Shown here: positions 33,764 to 45,062 of the stretch, in pieces | Layout of the letters: every line of letters begins with the position of its first letter | Numbering within the stretch: position 1 is the stretch's first letter | Assembly: GCA_037446165.1 (NCBI GenBank) | Contig: JBBIJC010000002.1 | Coordinates: 17,404-81,403, forward strand | Length of the DNA: 64,000 nucleotides | Reading direction: 5' to 3' | Origin: Hydrogenophilales bacterium | GTDB lineage: Bacteria > Pseudomonadota > Gammaproteobacteria > Burkholderiales > Thiobacillaceae | Notes under the pieces: model-generated | Seen by the model: only the letters and a program-made list of their open reading frames with translations | What the model was told of the DNA's origin: nothing | Databases searched by the model: none | Position numbers and translations under genes: made by a program

Positions 33764-36403
33764 TTACCCAATCTCAGCCATCAGTTCGTTGGCCTTATCC
33801 TTCTGTTTGGCATCGCCCTCGTTCAGCACCTCACTCAGTATCTCGCGGGCGCCTTCCTTGTCGCCCATTTCGAGATAGGCCTTGGCCAAGTCCAGCTTGG
33901 TATTGACCTCCTCAAGCAGGTCAGGATCGATAACCGGCATTTCCATTTCCGCCGCCACCGCTGCCGTAGCAGGTACTACAGGCACTTCGGGCGTATCGTT
34001 CAAGTCCAGATCGATTCCGGAGAAATCCAGACCGGGCAGGGTCACAGGCCCATCCTGGCCAGCCGGTGCATGGCTGGGTTCCAGGTCCAGAGCCTCTGGA
34101 GCCAGGGGCGCATTCCAGGTCGTATTCAGAGACTCCGCTGACAGATCCAGATCGCCAAGTTCTTCTAACGATTCAGGTGCATGGAGCTCTTCCGGCAACT
34201 CGGCAGGCGCCGCAATATTGATCTCCTCCAAGCCGGCAAGGTCGGGCTCGCTGACGCTGCCGAACGAAGGAAACTCCTTGGCGGTCGGCTCCACTTCACT
34301 GGCCGATTGGAAAGAAGGCAGTTCGGCAGCCGTATCGGCGTGGAAATCCAGAGCACCATGGGATGTTGCCGCTTCGTACGGTTCTGTTGCCGAAGCGGGT
34401 TCGGTCTGCGGCAAGAAATCAAGGTCATGCGTATCCGGCTCCGAAACCCCTGGTACCGGCTCAGCCACGGGTTCCTGATGTGCATCGAATTTGGCCAATT
34501 CCTCGATCGCGCCTAGCGCACCTACCGAGGCAGCAGCTGCAGCGGCCCCATGCAGGGCGGTCGAGGTCTTGCTTTCCGCGTGTGGCAATTCCGGCGCCTC
34601 GCCATATGCGCGGTACAGCGGATTGACAGGATCGAGTTCGCGCCCCATTTCTGCGGCACGTTGCCACAGGGCATTGGTTGGGTCACCCATGCTGGCGTAG
34701 AGTTCGCTCGCCTGGGTTTCAAAGTTCGCCTTATCCTGCCGAGCCGAATAGATCTCAAGCAGTTTGAGGGCAATCTCATGACGCTGAGGCTCTTTGATCA
34801 GGGCCTCTTTCAGGATTTCTTCCGCTTGGGCATCCCGACCATAGGCCATATAGACTTCCGCCTCGGCAATCGGGTCCACTTCATGGGTATCGATGGAACC
34901 CAGGCCCAGGCGGCTGAAATCGGTGGTTGAACCGGATGGGGAGACGACACTGCGATCGGACTTGGCGTCAGGGGTGGTGGTCTTGAAGATCGATGTCTTG
35001 AATTGATCACCGCCCGTCATGATGCTTTGTTCGAAGTTGGACAGCCCCTTGCGTCGGCGGCTGCCTACCATGAACACCCATAACAAACCGGCCAATACCG
35101 CAGCGGCCAGGATACCAACCACATAAAGCGGGTTGGCCAGCAAGGAACTGAAGAACCCAGACTCTTCCTGCATCGGTGGTGGCGGCACAACTGCCTTGAC
35201 TGCCGGCTTGACCTCGGGCTTGGCCGCTTCAGGAGCAGGTGCAGCGGGTTCGCCAGCCTCCGGTTCAGCCTTCTGGCCGCCCTGCTTGGCCTTTAGATCG
35301 GCCAAACGCTGCAGATCCTGCACGGTCTTTTGCAGTTGCCCGATCCGGCTTTGCGCCTCCTGCAACTGATGGTCTTTGGCTGCGACTTCGTCTTCCAGGT
35401 CATGAACTCGCTTGCTTGCATCGGCGGACGACTTGACCGGCTGCCCCTTGGAAAGTTTGAGGACATCCTTGGACTGAGCTGCAGAAGCCGGCTTTTCCTG
35501 AGGCTGCGCCTGAACGATCTTGCCCGATTCGGCGGATTTTTCTTTGGTTGGCGTCGCTTCGGAAGCCCCTGCCTGGTTGGCAAGGCGATTCTGGATTTCA
35601 TGCCAGGCAGCGGATTGTTCCTGAATCAATTGCCTGGCCTGGTGCGGGCTGTACATGCGCATGACCGCATCGCGATCCGGCACCGACAATACCTGCCCCT
35701 TGCGGAGCAGATTCATGTTGTTTTTTGCAAACGCGCCCTGATTGGCGTGGTAAAGGCTGGCCATCATCATGTCGATGGAGACATCGGCCGGAACGACCTT
35801 GCCGGCAATGCTGCGCAGGGTCTCGCCCGATTTCACCGGACCATAGGTCTGACCGCCCTGCCCCGCGTTTTTGGGAGCCGTTTTGTCTGCAGTGGATCCT
35901 TTAGCCTCTTTTGCCGGACTGACCGCCGTTGACTGAGCCTGGTTTGTAGCTCCGCTAACCGTGGCCGCGACCGGGGGCAACGCGGCCTGATCGGCAGCCT
36001 TCTGATCGGTGGACGGGTCGAGCAACACGGTATATTCGCGGAGAATGCGGCCGGAACTCCAGTTCAGCTCAACCAGCAGGTCGACGAAGGGTTCGGCAAC
36101 CGGTGCCGTTGAGGTGATGCGCACTACCGGCTGGCCATTGGCGCGTTTTTCGACGCTGAAATGGAGATCCGGAAGAATGGATGATCGGTCTATGCGCGCC
36201 TGGCGATAAGCATCTGCGCCGGCCAGTTTGGCATCTACGGTGCTCAACTCCTCCGGCGGGACCGACAGCAACTCGATTTCTGCCCGCAACGGTTGCCCCA
36301 ATACGGAAGACACCGACATCTTGCCCAAGCCTGCGGCCAGCACATCGCCGGAAACCAGCAACATAAAAGCCAGTAAGCTGCTGATCTTAAAAACTCTTTT
36401 CAT
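33764..36403 (-). CDS. fimV: FimV-family peptidoglycan-binding protein
   Basis: Start MKRVFKISSLLAFMLLVSGDVLAAGLGKMSVSSVLGQPLRAEIEL (FimV N-terminal motif). LysM-like YGPVKSGETLRSIAG...LRKGQVLSVP, a central TM segment, an acidic region, and C-terminal DLAKAYLEMGDKEGAREIL. Lies in the asd-fimV-truA slot. Confidence 0.88.
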   Translation of the reverse strand: MKRVFKISSLLAFMLLVSGDVLAAGLGKMSVSSVLGQPLRAEIELLSVPPEELSTVDAKLAGADAYRQARIDRSSILPDLHFSVEKRANGQPVVRITSTAPVAEPFVDLLVELNWSSGRILREYTVLLDPSTDQKAADQAALPPVAATVSGATNQAQSTAVSPAKEAKGSTADKTAPKNAGQGGQTYGPVKSGETLRSIAGKVVPADVSIDMMMASLYHANQGAFAKNNMNLLRKGQVLSVPDRDAVMRMYSPHQARQLIQEQSAAWHEIQNRLANQAGASEATPTKEKSAESGKIVQAQPQEKPASAAQSKDVLKLSKGQPVKSSADASKRVHDLEDEVAAKDHQLQEAQSRIGQLQKTVQDLQRLADLKAKQGGQKAEPEAGEPAAPAPEAAKPEVKPAVKAVVPPPPMQEESGFFSSLLANPLYVVGILAAAVLAGLLWVFMVGSRRRKGLSNFEQSIMTGGDQFKTSIFKTTTPDAKSDRSVVSPSGSTTDFSRLGLGSIDTHEVDPIAEAEVYMAYGRDAQAEEILKEALIKEPQRHEIALKLLEIYSARQDKANFETQASELYASMGDPTNALWQRAAEMGRELDPVNPLYRAYGEAPELPHAESKTSTALHGAAAAAASVGALGAIEELAKFDAHQEPVAEPVPGVSEPDTHDLDFLPQTEPASATEPYEAATSHGALDFHADTAAELPSFQSASEVEPTAKEFPSFGSVSEPDLAGLEEINIAAPAELPEELHAPESLEELGDLDLSAESLNTTWNAPLAPEALDLEPSHAPAGQDGPVTLPGLDFSGIDLDLNDTPEVPVVPATAAVAAEMEMPVIDPDLLEEVNTKLDLAKAYLEMGDKEGAREILSEVLNEGDAKQKDKANELMAEIG

Positions 36404-36597
36404 CACTATTCCCCTATCCTGTCGCTTCGCACCGGTAGCGTACTGCATCTTGAGATTCCCAATAATCATCAAAGAGTTAGGCAATCTTTCTGAAGCCAAG
36501 TTTACGTTAGCATCGAACTCGCCTAATTTTCAATAAAATTTTCCAGACGATCACCTTTAAAGCAGAATTCAAAGCCGAATTGTTGTTCGCGCACCGA

Positions 36598-37710
36598 TCA
36601 AGCCTGCAGCAGGATGCGCAGCATGCGGCGCAGCGGCTCGGCCGCACCCCACAGCAGCTGGTCGCCGACAGTGAAAGCGGACAGGTAGTCCTTGCCCATG
36701 TTGAGCTTGCGCATTCGGCCGACCGGGACGGTCAGCGTACCTGTGACGGCGGCGGGAGTGAGCTGTTCCATGGTGATCTGGCGGTCGTTCGGAACCACCT
36801 TCACCCACTGATTGTGCTCGGCGATGATGCCGTGGATCTCGTCCAGCGGCACATCCCTGGTCATCTTGATGGTCAGCGCCTGCGAGTGGCAGCGCATGGC
36901 GCCAACGCGCACGCAAAGACCGTCGATGGGGATTTGATTATCTGAACGGCCGAGGATCTTGTTGGCTTCGACCTGGGCCTTCCATTCTTCCTTGGACTGG
37001 CCGGACTCGAGCTGGACGTCGATCCAGGGAATCAGGGAGGCGGCCAGGGGCACCGGCCAGGCATCGACCGGATAGCGGTCGGAGCGGATGAAGTCGGTCA
37101 CCTTGCGGTCGATTTCGAGAATCGCGGAGGCCGGATCGTCGAGCAGCGACTTCACTTCGGCGTTCACCGCGCCCATCTGCTGGATCAGTTCGCGCATGTT
37201 GCGGGCGCCGGCGCCGGAGGCGGCCTGGTAGGTCTGCGGCGCGATCCACTCGATCAGGCCTTTATCGAACAGGCCGCCGATGGCCATCAGCATCAGGGAA
37301 ACGGTGCAGTTGCCGCCGACGTAGGTCTTCACGCCCTTGGCGATGCCGTCCTGGATCACGTTCTTGTTGACCGGGTCGAGGATGATGATGGCGTCGTCCT
37401 TCATGCGCAGGGTCGAGGCGGCGTCGATCCAGTAGCCCTTCCAGCCGGCGGCCATCAGCTTCGGGTACACCTCCTTGGTGTAGTCGCCGCCCTGGCAGGT
37501 GATGATGACGTCCATCGCCTTCAGTTCGTCGACGTTCATGGCGTCCTTCAGCGGGGGCACGTCCTTGCCGATGTCCGGGCCCTTGCCGCCGGGGTTGGAG
37601 GTGGTGAAGAACACGGGATCGATGTGGTCGAAATCCTTTTCGTCCCGCATCCGGCCCATCAGGACCGAACCCACCATGCCGCGCCAACCGATCAGACCTA
37701 CTTTTTTCAT
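36598..37710 (-). CDS. asd: Aspartate-semialdehyde dehydrogenase
   Basis: 370 aa. [26 protein letters not shown]. Confidence 0.95.
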   Translation of the reverse strand: MKKVGLIGWRGMVGSVLMGRMRDEKDFDHIDPVFFTTSNPGGKGPDIGKDVPPLKDAMNVDELKAMDVIITCQGGDYTKEVYPKLMAAGWKGYWIDAASTLRMKDDAIIILDPVNKNVIQDGIAKGVKTYVGGNCTVSLMLMAIGGLFDKGLIEWIAPQTYQAASGAGARNMRELIQQMGAVNAEVKSLLDDPASAILEIDRKVTDFIRSDRYPVDAWPVPLAASLIPWIDVQLESGQSKEEWKAQVEANKILGRSDNQIPIDGLCVRVGAMRCHSQALTIKMTRDVPLDEIHGIIAEHNQWVKVVPNDRQITMEQLTPAAVTGTLTVPVGRMRKLNMGKDYLSAFTVGDQLLWGAAEPLRRMLRILLQA

Positions 37711-37736
37711 TTCATCAACCTCAGGAAATCAATTCG

Positions 37737-38801
<1,065 letters not shown>

Positions 38802-38820
38802 TGTGTATCTTTCTCGTGTT

Positions 38821-39459
38821 TCAGTTGAATAACCAGGGCGTGACCGACTTGCGCTGCGCCTCGTAGGCCTTGATCCGGTCGGTGTACTGCAGGGTCAGGC
38901 CGATGTCGTCCAGGCCGTTGAGCAGGCGGTGCTTGCGCTCGCCGTCAACCTCGAAAGCGAACACCTCGCCCGAGGGCGTGGTCACGGTCTGGACCGCGAG
39001 GTCCACGGTCAGGCGGTAGCCCTCGGCGGCGTCAGTTTCACGGAACAGCTTCTCGACCACCGCGGCCGGCAAGACGATGGGCAGCAGGCCATTCTTGAAG
39101 CAGTTGTTGTAGAAAATGTCGGCAAACGAGGGGGCGATGATGGCGCGGAAACCGTAGTCCTCCAGGGCCCAGGGCGCGTGCTCGCGGGACGAGCCGCAGC
39201 CGAAGTTCTCGCGTGCCAGCAGCACCGAGGCGCCCTGGTAGCGAGCCTGGTTGAGCACGAAGTCGGGATTCAGCGGCCGCTTGCTGTTGTCCATGCCCGG
39301 CTCGCCGTGATCCAGGTAGCGCCATTCGTCGAAGGCATTCGGGCCGAAGCCGGTGCGCTTGATCGACTTCAGGAACTGCTTCGGGATGATGGCATCGGTA
39401 TCGACGTTGGCGCGATCCATCGGCGCCACCAGGCCGTCGAGTCGGGTAAATGGATTCAT
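38821..39459 (-). CDS. leuD: 3-isopropylmalate dehydratase small subunit
   Basis: 212 aa. [15 protein letters not shown]. Confidence 0.95.
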   Translation of the reverse strand: MNPFTRLDGLVAPMDRANVDTDAIIPKQFLKSIKRTGFGPNAFDEWRYLDHGEPGMDNSKRPLNPDFVLNQARYQGASVLLARENFGCGSSREHAPWALEDYGFRAIIAPSFADIFYNNCFKNGLLPIVLPAAVVEKLFRETDAAEGYRLTVDLAVQTVTTPSGEVFAFEVDGERKHRLLNGLDDIGLTLQYTDRIKAYEAQRKSVTPWLFN

Positions 39460-39620
39460 TACTTGCTGCCCGCGCGCTCGATTGCCTGGCCGGCGCCCTT
39501 GATGTCCTTGCCCACGCCTTCGACTGTGTTGCAGCCGTACATGCTGAATACCACTCCGACCGCAACCGCGATCAGCGCCAGTTTCACCACACCCAAAATG
39601 ATCATGTTCCTAGGAGTCAT
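39459..39620 (-). CDS. Entericidin A/B-family small lipoprotein (53 aa)
   Basis: Own translation: [53 protein letters not shown]. The GCNTxxGxGxDI motif matches E. coli EcnA/EcnB. The ATG overlaps the leuC stop (ATGA) and the TAA overlaps the leuD ATG (TAATG). Below the ORF-track size cutoff. Confidence 0.8.
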   Translation of the reverse strand: MTPRNMIILGVVKLALIAVAVGVVFSMYGCNTVEGVGKDIKGAGQAIERAGSK

Positions 39621-41038
39621 AGCATCACCTCTCTCACATCAACGAAATGTCCATACATGGCCGCCGCCGCCGCCATGGCCGGGCTGACCAGATGGGTCCG
39701 CCCGCCCTGCCCCTGCCTGCCCTCGAAGTTGCGATTTGAGGTCGAGGCGCAGCGTTCGCCGGATTCCAGCCGGTCGGCGTTCATGGCCAGGCACATCGAG
39801 CAGCCGGGCTCGCGCCATTCAAAACCGGCATCCATAAACACCTTGTCCAGTCCCTCGGCCTCGGCCTGGGCCTTGACCAGGCCGGAGCCAGGCACCACCA
39901 GCGCCTGTTTCACATTCGCCGCCACCTTGCGGCCTGAGCCGGCCAGGACGCGGACCACTTCGGCCGCCTCCCACAGATCCTCGATCCGGGAGTTGGTGCA
40001 GGAACCGATGAAGACCTTGTCCACCGCGATATCGGCCATCGGGGTATGGGACTTTAGCCCCATGTAGTGCAGGGCTCGTTCCCAGTCCGCCTTCTTGACG
40101 TCGTTGGGCGCTTCGGCAGGGTCTGGCACACGCCCGTCGACCGCCACCACCATCTCGGGCGAGGTCCCCCAGGTAACTTGCGGCCGGATCCCGGCGGCAT
40201 CCAGTTCGACCACGGCATCGAAGGCAGCGTCCGGGTCTGAAACCAGGGTGCGCCAGTAGGTCACGGCCTGGCCCCACTGCTCGCCGTTGGGGCTGTAGGG
40301 CCGATCCTTCATGTACTCGACGGTCTTGTCGTCGGCGGCCACCATGCCGGCCCGGGCACCGGCCTCGATGGCCATGTTGCAGAGCGTCATGCGGCCTTCC
40401 ATGGACAGACTGCGGATGGCCGAGCCGCCGAATTCAATGGCATAGCCGGTGCCGCCGGCAGTGCCGATCCGGCCGATCACCGCCAGCGCGATGTCCTTGG
40501 CGGTAACGCCCTTGGCCAGCGCACCCTCGACCCTGACCAGCATTGCCTTAGACTTCTTCTGCCACAGGCACTGCGTCGCCATGACGTGCTCGACCTCGGA
40601 GGTGCCAATGCCGAAGGCCAGCGCCGCAAACGCGCCGTGGGTGCTGGTGTGGGAGTCACCGCAAACCAGTGTGACGCCGGGTTGGGTAAAGCCCTGCTCC
40701 GGACCGATGACGTGGACGATGCCCTGGCGATGGTCGCTCATTGCAAATTCGGTCAGGCCGAAGCTGCGGCAGTTGGCGTCCAGGGTCTCGACCTGGGTGC
40801 GGGAAACCGGGTCGGCGATGCCGGCGGCGCGGTCGGTAGTCGGCACGTTGTGGTCGGGCGTGGCCAGGATGGAAGTCACCCGATGCGGTGCGCGGCCGTT
40901 GATCTTGAGGCCCTCGAAGGCCTGCGGGCTGGTCACCTCGTGCACCAGCTGGCGGTCGATATAGAGCAAAGTCATGCCGTCGGGCTCCACATGAACGGCG
41001 TGGGCATCCCAGAGCTTGTCGTAAAGGGTACGGGGCAT
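39617..41038 (-). CDS. leuC: 3-isopropylmalate dehydratase large subunit
   Basis: 473 aa. [32 protein letters not shown] Fe-S ligand motifs. Confidence 0.95.
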   Translation of the reverse strand: MPRTLYDKLWDAHAVHVEPDGMTLLYIDRQLVHEVTSPQAFEGLKINGRAPHRVTSILATPDHNVPTTDRAAGIADPVSRTQVETLDANCRSFGLTEFAMSDHRQGIVHVIGPEQGFTQPGVTLVCGDSHTSTHGAFAALAFGIGTSEVEHVMATQCLWQKKSKAMLVRVEGALAKGVTAKDIALAVIGRIGTAGGTGYAIEFGGSAIRSLSMEGRMTLCNMAIEAGARAGMVAADDKTVEYMKDRPYSPNGEQWGQAVTYWRTLVSDPDAAFDAVVELDAAGIRPQVTWGTSPEMVVAVDGRVPDPAEAPNDVKKADWERALHYMGLKSHTPMADIAVDKVFIGSCTNSRIEDLWEAAEVVRVLAGSGRKVAANVKQALVVPGSGLVKAQAEAEGLDKVFMDAGFEWREPGCSMCLAMNADRLESGERCASTSNRNFEGRQGQGGRTHLVSPAMAAAAAMYGHFVDVREVML

Positions 41039-41098
41039 GATCGTTAATGTGCCTGATGAAGTTATTGATTATTCCATATCCGGGCCGTCACCGGCCAG

Positions 41099-42265
41099 CT
41101 ATGAAGCCCGTCCCGGTCGTTGCCCCCGGCTACTGAAATGGAACACGATGGCTCCGAGCAAGGCGAACGCGGCTGCAATTGAATACGTCTCCGCTCCACC
41201 CAGGGTCTGCCAAGCCGCCCCGGAATACAGGCTGCCGATGGAGCCGCCGATGCCAAAGGCCAGGCTGTTGTACAGGGCCTGGCCACGGGCCTGATTCTTG
41301 CCGCGGAAATACCGGTGCACCAGACCGATGGCCGCGGCATGATAGGCAGCGAAGGTCAGCGCATGAAGCAGTTGGGCCAGCAACAGCAAGGGCAGATTGC
41401 CGACGAACCAGCCAATCAGCAGAAACCGCACCGCTGCGGCAATCAAGGTAACCAGCAGTACCGTCTCCGGCGGAATGCGCTTGAGCACCCGCGGCATGAC
41501 CATGAACACGCCGACTTCACAGATCACGCCCAGCGCCCAGAGCCAGCCTGCGACGGTCTTGCTATAGCCGTTATCGACCAGATAGATGGTGAAGAAGGTG
41601 TAGTAAGGTCCGTGCGCGGCCGCCATCAGCATCGCTGCAACCAGCAGTGCCACCACCTCGGGCCGTTTTAGCACCCCCTTCAGGGAGACATGCTCGACCT
41701 CCAGCTGGGCCACCTCGGCCTCGGGGATGAAGCGTGCAAACAGGACGATGCCGACCAGCAGCCCCATGATGACCCAGAGCAGGGTGCGGATCGGCCAGTG
41801 GTCGAGCACCGCGCCCAGCGCGACCACCACCAGGATGAAACCGACCGAGCCCCAGAGCCGGATCAGGCCATAACGGTCGGTGCGGTCCTTGAGGTGCGAC
41901 AGTGTGGTTGCCTCGACCAGCGGCAGCGATGCGCTCCAGAAGAAGCTGATGAAGCTCATCACCGCGAACATCCACCAAAAACCACTGCCCCAGAACACCC
42001 CGATGAAGGAGATGAAGCTGACAGTCGCGGCAATCTGGACGATGGCCACCCGCTTGCCGGTGCGGTCGGCGATATGTCCCCATACATTGGGAGCGAAGAT
42101 GCGCATGACCTGAAGCAGCGACATGAGCACCCCGATCTGGATGGCGTTGAACGCCAGAGAACGCAAGTAAAGGCCCCAATATGGAGCCATCGCCCCGACG
42201 AAGGCGAAATAGAAGAAGTAAAAGCCGGACAGGCGCCAGTAAGGGATCAGGTTCATCTTCTGCAC
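41099..42265 (-). CDS. MFS transporter, HcaT/PPP-like subfamily
   Basis: 388 aa, about 12 TM segments. Resembles E. coli HcaT blocks (YGLIRLWGSVGF, AAHGPYYTFF, LWALGVICEV). Confidence 0.8.
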   Translation of the reverse strand: MQKMNLIPYWRLSGFYFFYFAFVGAMAPYWGLYLRSLAFNAIQIGVLMSLLQVMRIFAPNVWGHIADRTGKRVAIVQIAATVSFISFIGVFWGSGFWWMFAVMSFISFFWSASLPLVEATTLSHLKDRTDRYGLIRLWGSVGFILVVVALGAVLDHWPIRTLLWVIMGLLVGIVLFARFIPEAEVAQLEVEHVSLKGVLKRPEVVALLVAAMLMAAAHGPYYTFFTIYLVDNGYSKTVAGWLWALGVICEVGVFMVMPRVLKRIPPETVLLVTLIAAAVRFLLIGWFVGNLPLLLLAQLLHALTFAAYHAAAIGLVHRYFRGKNQARGQALYNSLAFGIGGSIGSLYSGAAWQTLGGAETYSIAAAFALLGAIVFHFSSRGQRPGRAS

Positions 42266-42272
42266 GGCGGTG

Positions 42273-42306
42273 AAAAAAAGCGGCCCGGAGGCAGGCTCCG
42301 GGCCGC
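42273..42306 (-). terminator. Rho-independent terminator after the DUF465 gene
   Basis: The minus strand reads GCGGCCCGGAG-CCTGC-CTCCGGGCCGC followed by TTTTTTT. Confidence 0.85.
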
Positions 42307-42326
42307 AGCGGTTCGGCGACGCGCGT

Positions 42327-42563
42327 TCAGGCGGCGACGATGATCTTGTACAGCTTGTCCTTCAGGCTGACCCGCAGGCGCTTCAGCTCTTCCTCGTAGT
42401 GCAGCGAGGCGGCCTCGACCCGCTGTTCGATGCGCTGGATCTTGTGATCGACGTCGTCGTAATCCCGCATCATCTTGACGAAATCATCATTGGCCAGCAC
42501 CAGCTTTCGAATGGTGTCGGTATGCTCGGGAAACTCGTGAAAGAGGTCGTGGCTTTCGATCAT
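42327..42563 (-). CDS. DUF465 (YdcH-like) small coiled-coil protein
   Basis: 78 aa from MIESHDLFHEFPEHTDTIRKL. RBS AAGGAG upstream. The longer ORF-track extension was rejected. Confidence 0.8.
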   Translation of the reverse strand: MIESHDLFHEFPEHTDTIRKLVLANDDFVKMMRDYDDVDHKIQRIEQRVEAASLHYEEELKRLRVSLKDKLYKIIVAA

Positions 42564-42574
42564 TTTTGCGCTCC

Positions 42575-43690
42575 TTAAGTACGCTTGGTTTGATTGGGTG
42601 AAGCGGGAATCACGGGGGTCGGACAACGCACATCGACATTCTGTGCCCGCTGGCGCAGGGCATGGTCCATCAATACGATGGCCAGCATCGCCTCGGCGAT
42701 GGGCGTGGCCCGGATGCCGACACAAGGATCGTGGCGACCGTGGGTCACCACGTCCACCGGCTGGCCATCGAGATTGATCGAACGGCCGGGGATGCGGATC
42801 GACGAGGTGGGTTTGATGGCCATCGAAACCAGCACGTCCTGGCCGCTGGAAATACCGCCCAGAACTCCACCGGCGTGGTTGGACAGAAACCCTTCCGGGG
42901 TCAGTTCGTCGCGGTGCTCGGTGCCTTTCTGGGCGACACAGGCAAAGCCGGCGCCGATCTCAACCCCCTTCACCGCGTTGATGCTCATCATGGCATGGGC
43001 GATGTCCGCATCAAGCCGGTCGTAAACCGGTTCGCCCAGCCCGACCGGGACCTTCTCGGCCACCACATTGATCCGCGCGCCAACCGAATCGCCTGCCTTG
43101 CGCAGATCGTCCATGTACTGTTCCAGCCCGACCACGGCGTCCGGATCGGGTGAAAAAAAACTGTTTTCGCCAACACTGCCCCAGGACTTGAAGACAAGCT
43201 CGATCGGGCCGAGTTGGGCCAGGTAGCCGCGAATCACCGTACCGTATTTCTCGTGCAGCCATTTCCTGGCCACTGCGCCAGCCGCTACCCGCACTGCCGT
43301 TTCCCGGGCCGATGAGCGTCCGCCGCCGCGATAGTCGCGGATACCGTACTTGTGCCAATAGGTGTAGTCGGCATGTCCCGGCCGGAAGGTACTGGCGATC
43401 TCGCCGTAATCCTTGCTGCGCTGGTCTTCGTTGCGAATCAGCAACGCGATGGGGGTGCCCGTGGTCTTGCCCTCGAACACGCCGGACAGGATTTCGACCG
43501 TATCGGACTCGCGCCGCTGGGTGACATGGCGCGATGTACCCGGCTTGCGCCGGTCCAGGTCAGCCTGGATATCCTCCGCCGACAAACTCATTCCAGGGGG
43601 GCAGCCATCGATCACGCAACCGATAGCCGGACCATGAGACTCCCCAAAAGAGGTCACACAGTAGAGTTTGCCTATAGAATTGCCGGACAT
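42575..43690 (-). CDS. aroC: Chorismate synthase
   Basis: 371 aa. [37 protein letters not shown]. Confidence 0.95.
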   Translation of the reverse strand: MSGNSIGKLYCVTSFGESHGPAIGCVIDGCPPGMSLSAEDIQADLDRRKPGTSRHVTQRRESDTVEILSGVFEGKTTGTPIALLIRNEDQRSKDYGEIASTFRPGHADYTYWHKYGIRDYRGGGRSSARETAVRVAAGAVARKWLHEKYGTVIRGYLAQLGPIELVFKSWGSVGENSFFSPDPDAVVGLEQYMDDLRKAGDSVGARINVVAEKVPVGLGEPVYDRLDADIAHAMMSINAVKGVEIGAGFACVAQKGTEHRDELTPEGFLSNHAGGVLGGISSGQDVLVSMAIKPTSSIRIPGRSINLDGQPVDVVTHGRHDPCVGIRATPIAEAMLAIVLMDHALRQRAQNVDVRCPTPVIPASPNQTKRT

Positions 43691-43761
43691 TTAATATGTG
43701 AAGTTGAGACAAAAAGAATTTTTCAAATTATCTCACAGCCATCGTATTGTTCGTACCCATC

Positions 43762-45027
43762 ATGACAGCCAAGGACCCGACTCACATGCTTACTCCCGAC
43801 ATCTGGAGGCGCACTCTCGTCCGCATTGTCGTCGCAGTCATGTTCCTGGGTACGGCCTTGGGTGGTCTGGCCTATTGGGTCGAAAGCAAACGGGTGGACG
43901 ATACTGTCATACAGCTGGCAGTTCAGCAGGCCAATAGCTTCGTCAGCAGGCATCTGGGTGCGAACACAACGAACCTGGATACGCCGGAAACCGAAGCAGC
44001 CGTGCGCGACCTCATGCAGGACAACTTCCCGATCGTCAATCTGTACGACCAGAACCAGAACAAAAAGCTCGAGGCCGTGGCCAAGGGCAAGGAATGGATC
44101 CAGACCGCGCTGGAGGGCAAACTTCATGGCTTGCCGGCTGACAATGGCGCAGCCGATTACCGCATCGAGCTGAATGGCAACACCTACATACAGGTGCTGG
44201 TCCCGTTAAGTTCGGGCTTCTTCGAGGGCGTCTACCAGGTCGACCGGCAAAACAAGGTAGCGCTCGACAAGGGACTGCAGCGAAACACCCTGATGGTCTT
44301 TCTGACTGTCGTCGCAACCGGCATTCTGCTGCTCCCGCTGATGATGCGTCTGAACCGCGAAATCATCCGCACCTCCAAGGCCATCCTGGCCGGCAACATC
44401 GAGTTGATGGAAGTGCTCGGCAGCGCGATCGCCAAGCGCGACTCGGACACCAACACCCATAACTATCGGGTCACGCTGTATGCCATTGAGCTCGCCTATG
44501 CGGCCAACCTGCCCCACAAGGCCATGCGTTCCCTGATTTCAGGTTCATTTCTGCACGATGTGGGCAAGATCGGCATATCGGACACCATCCTGCTGAAGCC
44601 GGGCAAGCTCAGTTACGATGAATACGCCATCATGAAGACCCACGTCACGCTCGGGGCTGACATCCTGGATAAATCGACCTGGCTTTCCGCCGCACGCGAC
44701 ATCGTCCTCAATCACCACGAGAAATATGCCGGTAGCGGCTATCCGCGCGGGCTCAAGGGCAACGAGATACCCCTTACCGCCCGTATTTTTGCCGTCGTCG
44801 ATGTTTTCGATGCGCTGACCTCCAAGCGCCCTTACAAAGTGCCCATGTCGCTGGAAAAGTCACTGGAAATACTCAAGCGCGACTCCGGCAGCCATTTCGA
44901 CCCTGAATTGGTCGACACCTTCATCAAGATTGCGCCGGCCCTATACCAGCGCATGCATGAAATGCCTGACGAAACCATTGAGGAACTGCTGCGCAAGGAA
45001 GCCGCCTACTACTACGGGACGGAATGA
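43762..45027 (+). CDS. Membrane-anchored HD-GYP domain protein (putative c-di-GMP phosphodiesterase) with a periplasmic N-terminal region
   Basis: HDVGKIGI and HHEKYAGSGYPRGL motifs. Two TM segments (VRIVVAVMFLGTALGGLAYWV and LMVFLTVVATGILLLPLMM) flank about 150 aa. Start is uncertain: TTG 43747, ATG 43762, or ATG 43786 (the last has AAGGA upstream). Confidence 0.85.
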   Translation: MTAKDPTHMLTPDIWRRTLVRIVVAVMFLGTALGGLAYWVESKRVDDTVIQLAVQQANSFVSRHLGANTTNLDTPETEAAVRDLMQDNFPIVNLYDQNQNKKLEAVAKGKEWIQTALEGKLHGLPADNGAADYRIELNGNTYIQVLVPLSSGFFEGVYQVDRQNKVALDKGLQRNTLMVFLTVVATGILLLPLMMRLNREIIRTSKAILAGNIELMEVLGSAIAKRDSDTNTHNYRVTLYAIELAYAANLPHKAMRSLISGSFLHDVGKIGISDTILLKPGKLSYDEYAIMKTHVTLGADILDKSTWLSAARDIVLNHHEKYAGSGYPRGLKGNEIPLTARIFAVVDVFDALTSKRPYKVPMSLEKSLEILKRDSGSHFDPELVDTFIKIAPALYQRMHEMPDETIEELLRKEAAYYYGTE

Positions 45028-45035
45028 TGGCTGCC

Positions 45036-45062
45036 CCAGGCGCCCAGCCAGATTTCGCCTGG
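45036..45062. terminator. Inverted repeat in the convergent spacer (CCAGGCG-N13-CGCCTGG)
   Basis: 7-bp arms seen directly between the HD-GYP stop (45027) and the aminopeptidase stop (45063). No clear U-tract. Confidence 0.35.

Noticed and set aside
43153-43160. A8 homopolymer (T8 on the coding strand) inside aroC, and a G7 run at about 29746..29752 in accD
   Set aside because: Both lie in intact essential genes with conserved translations (FFS in AroC, PP in AccD). Nothing suggests phase variation.
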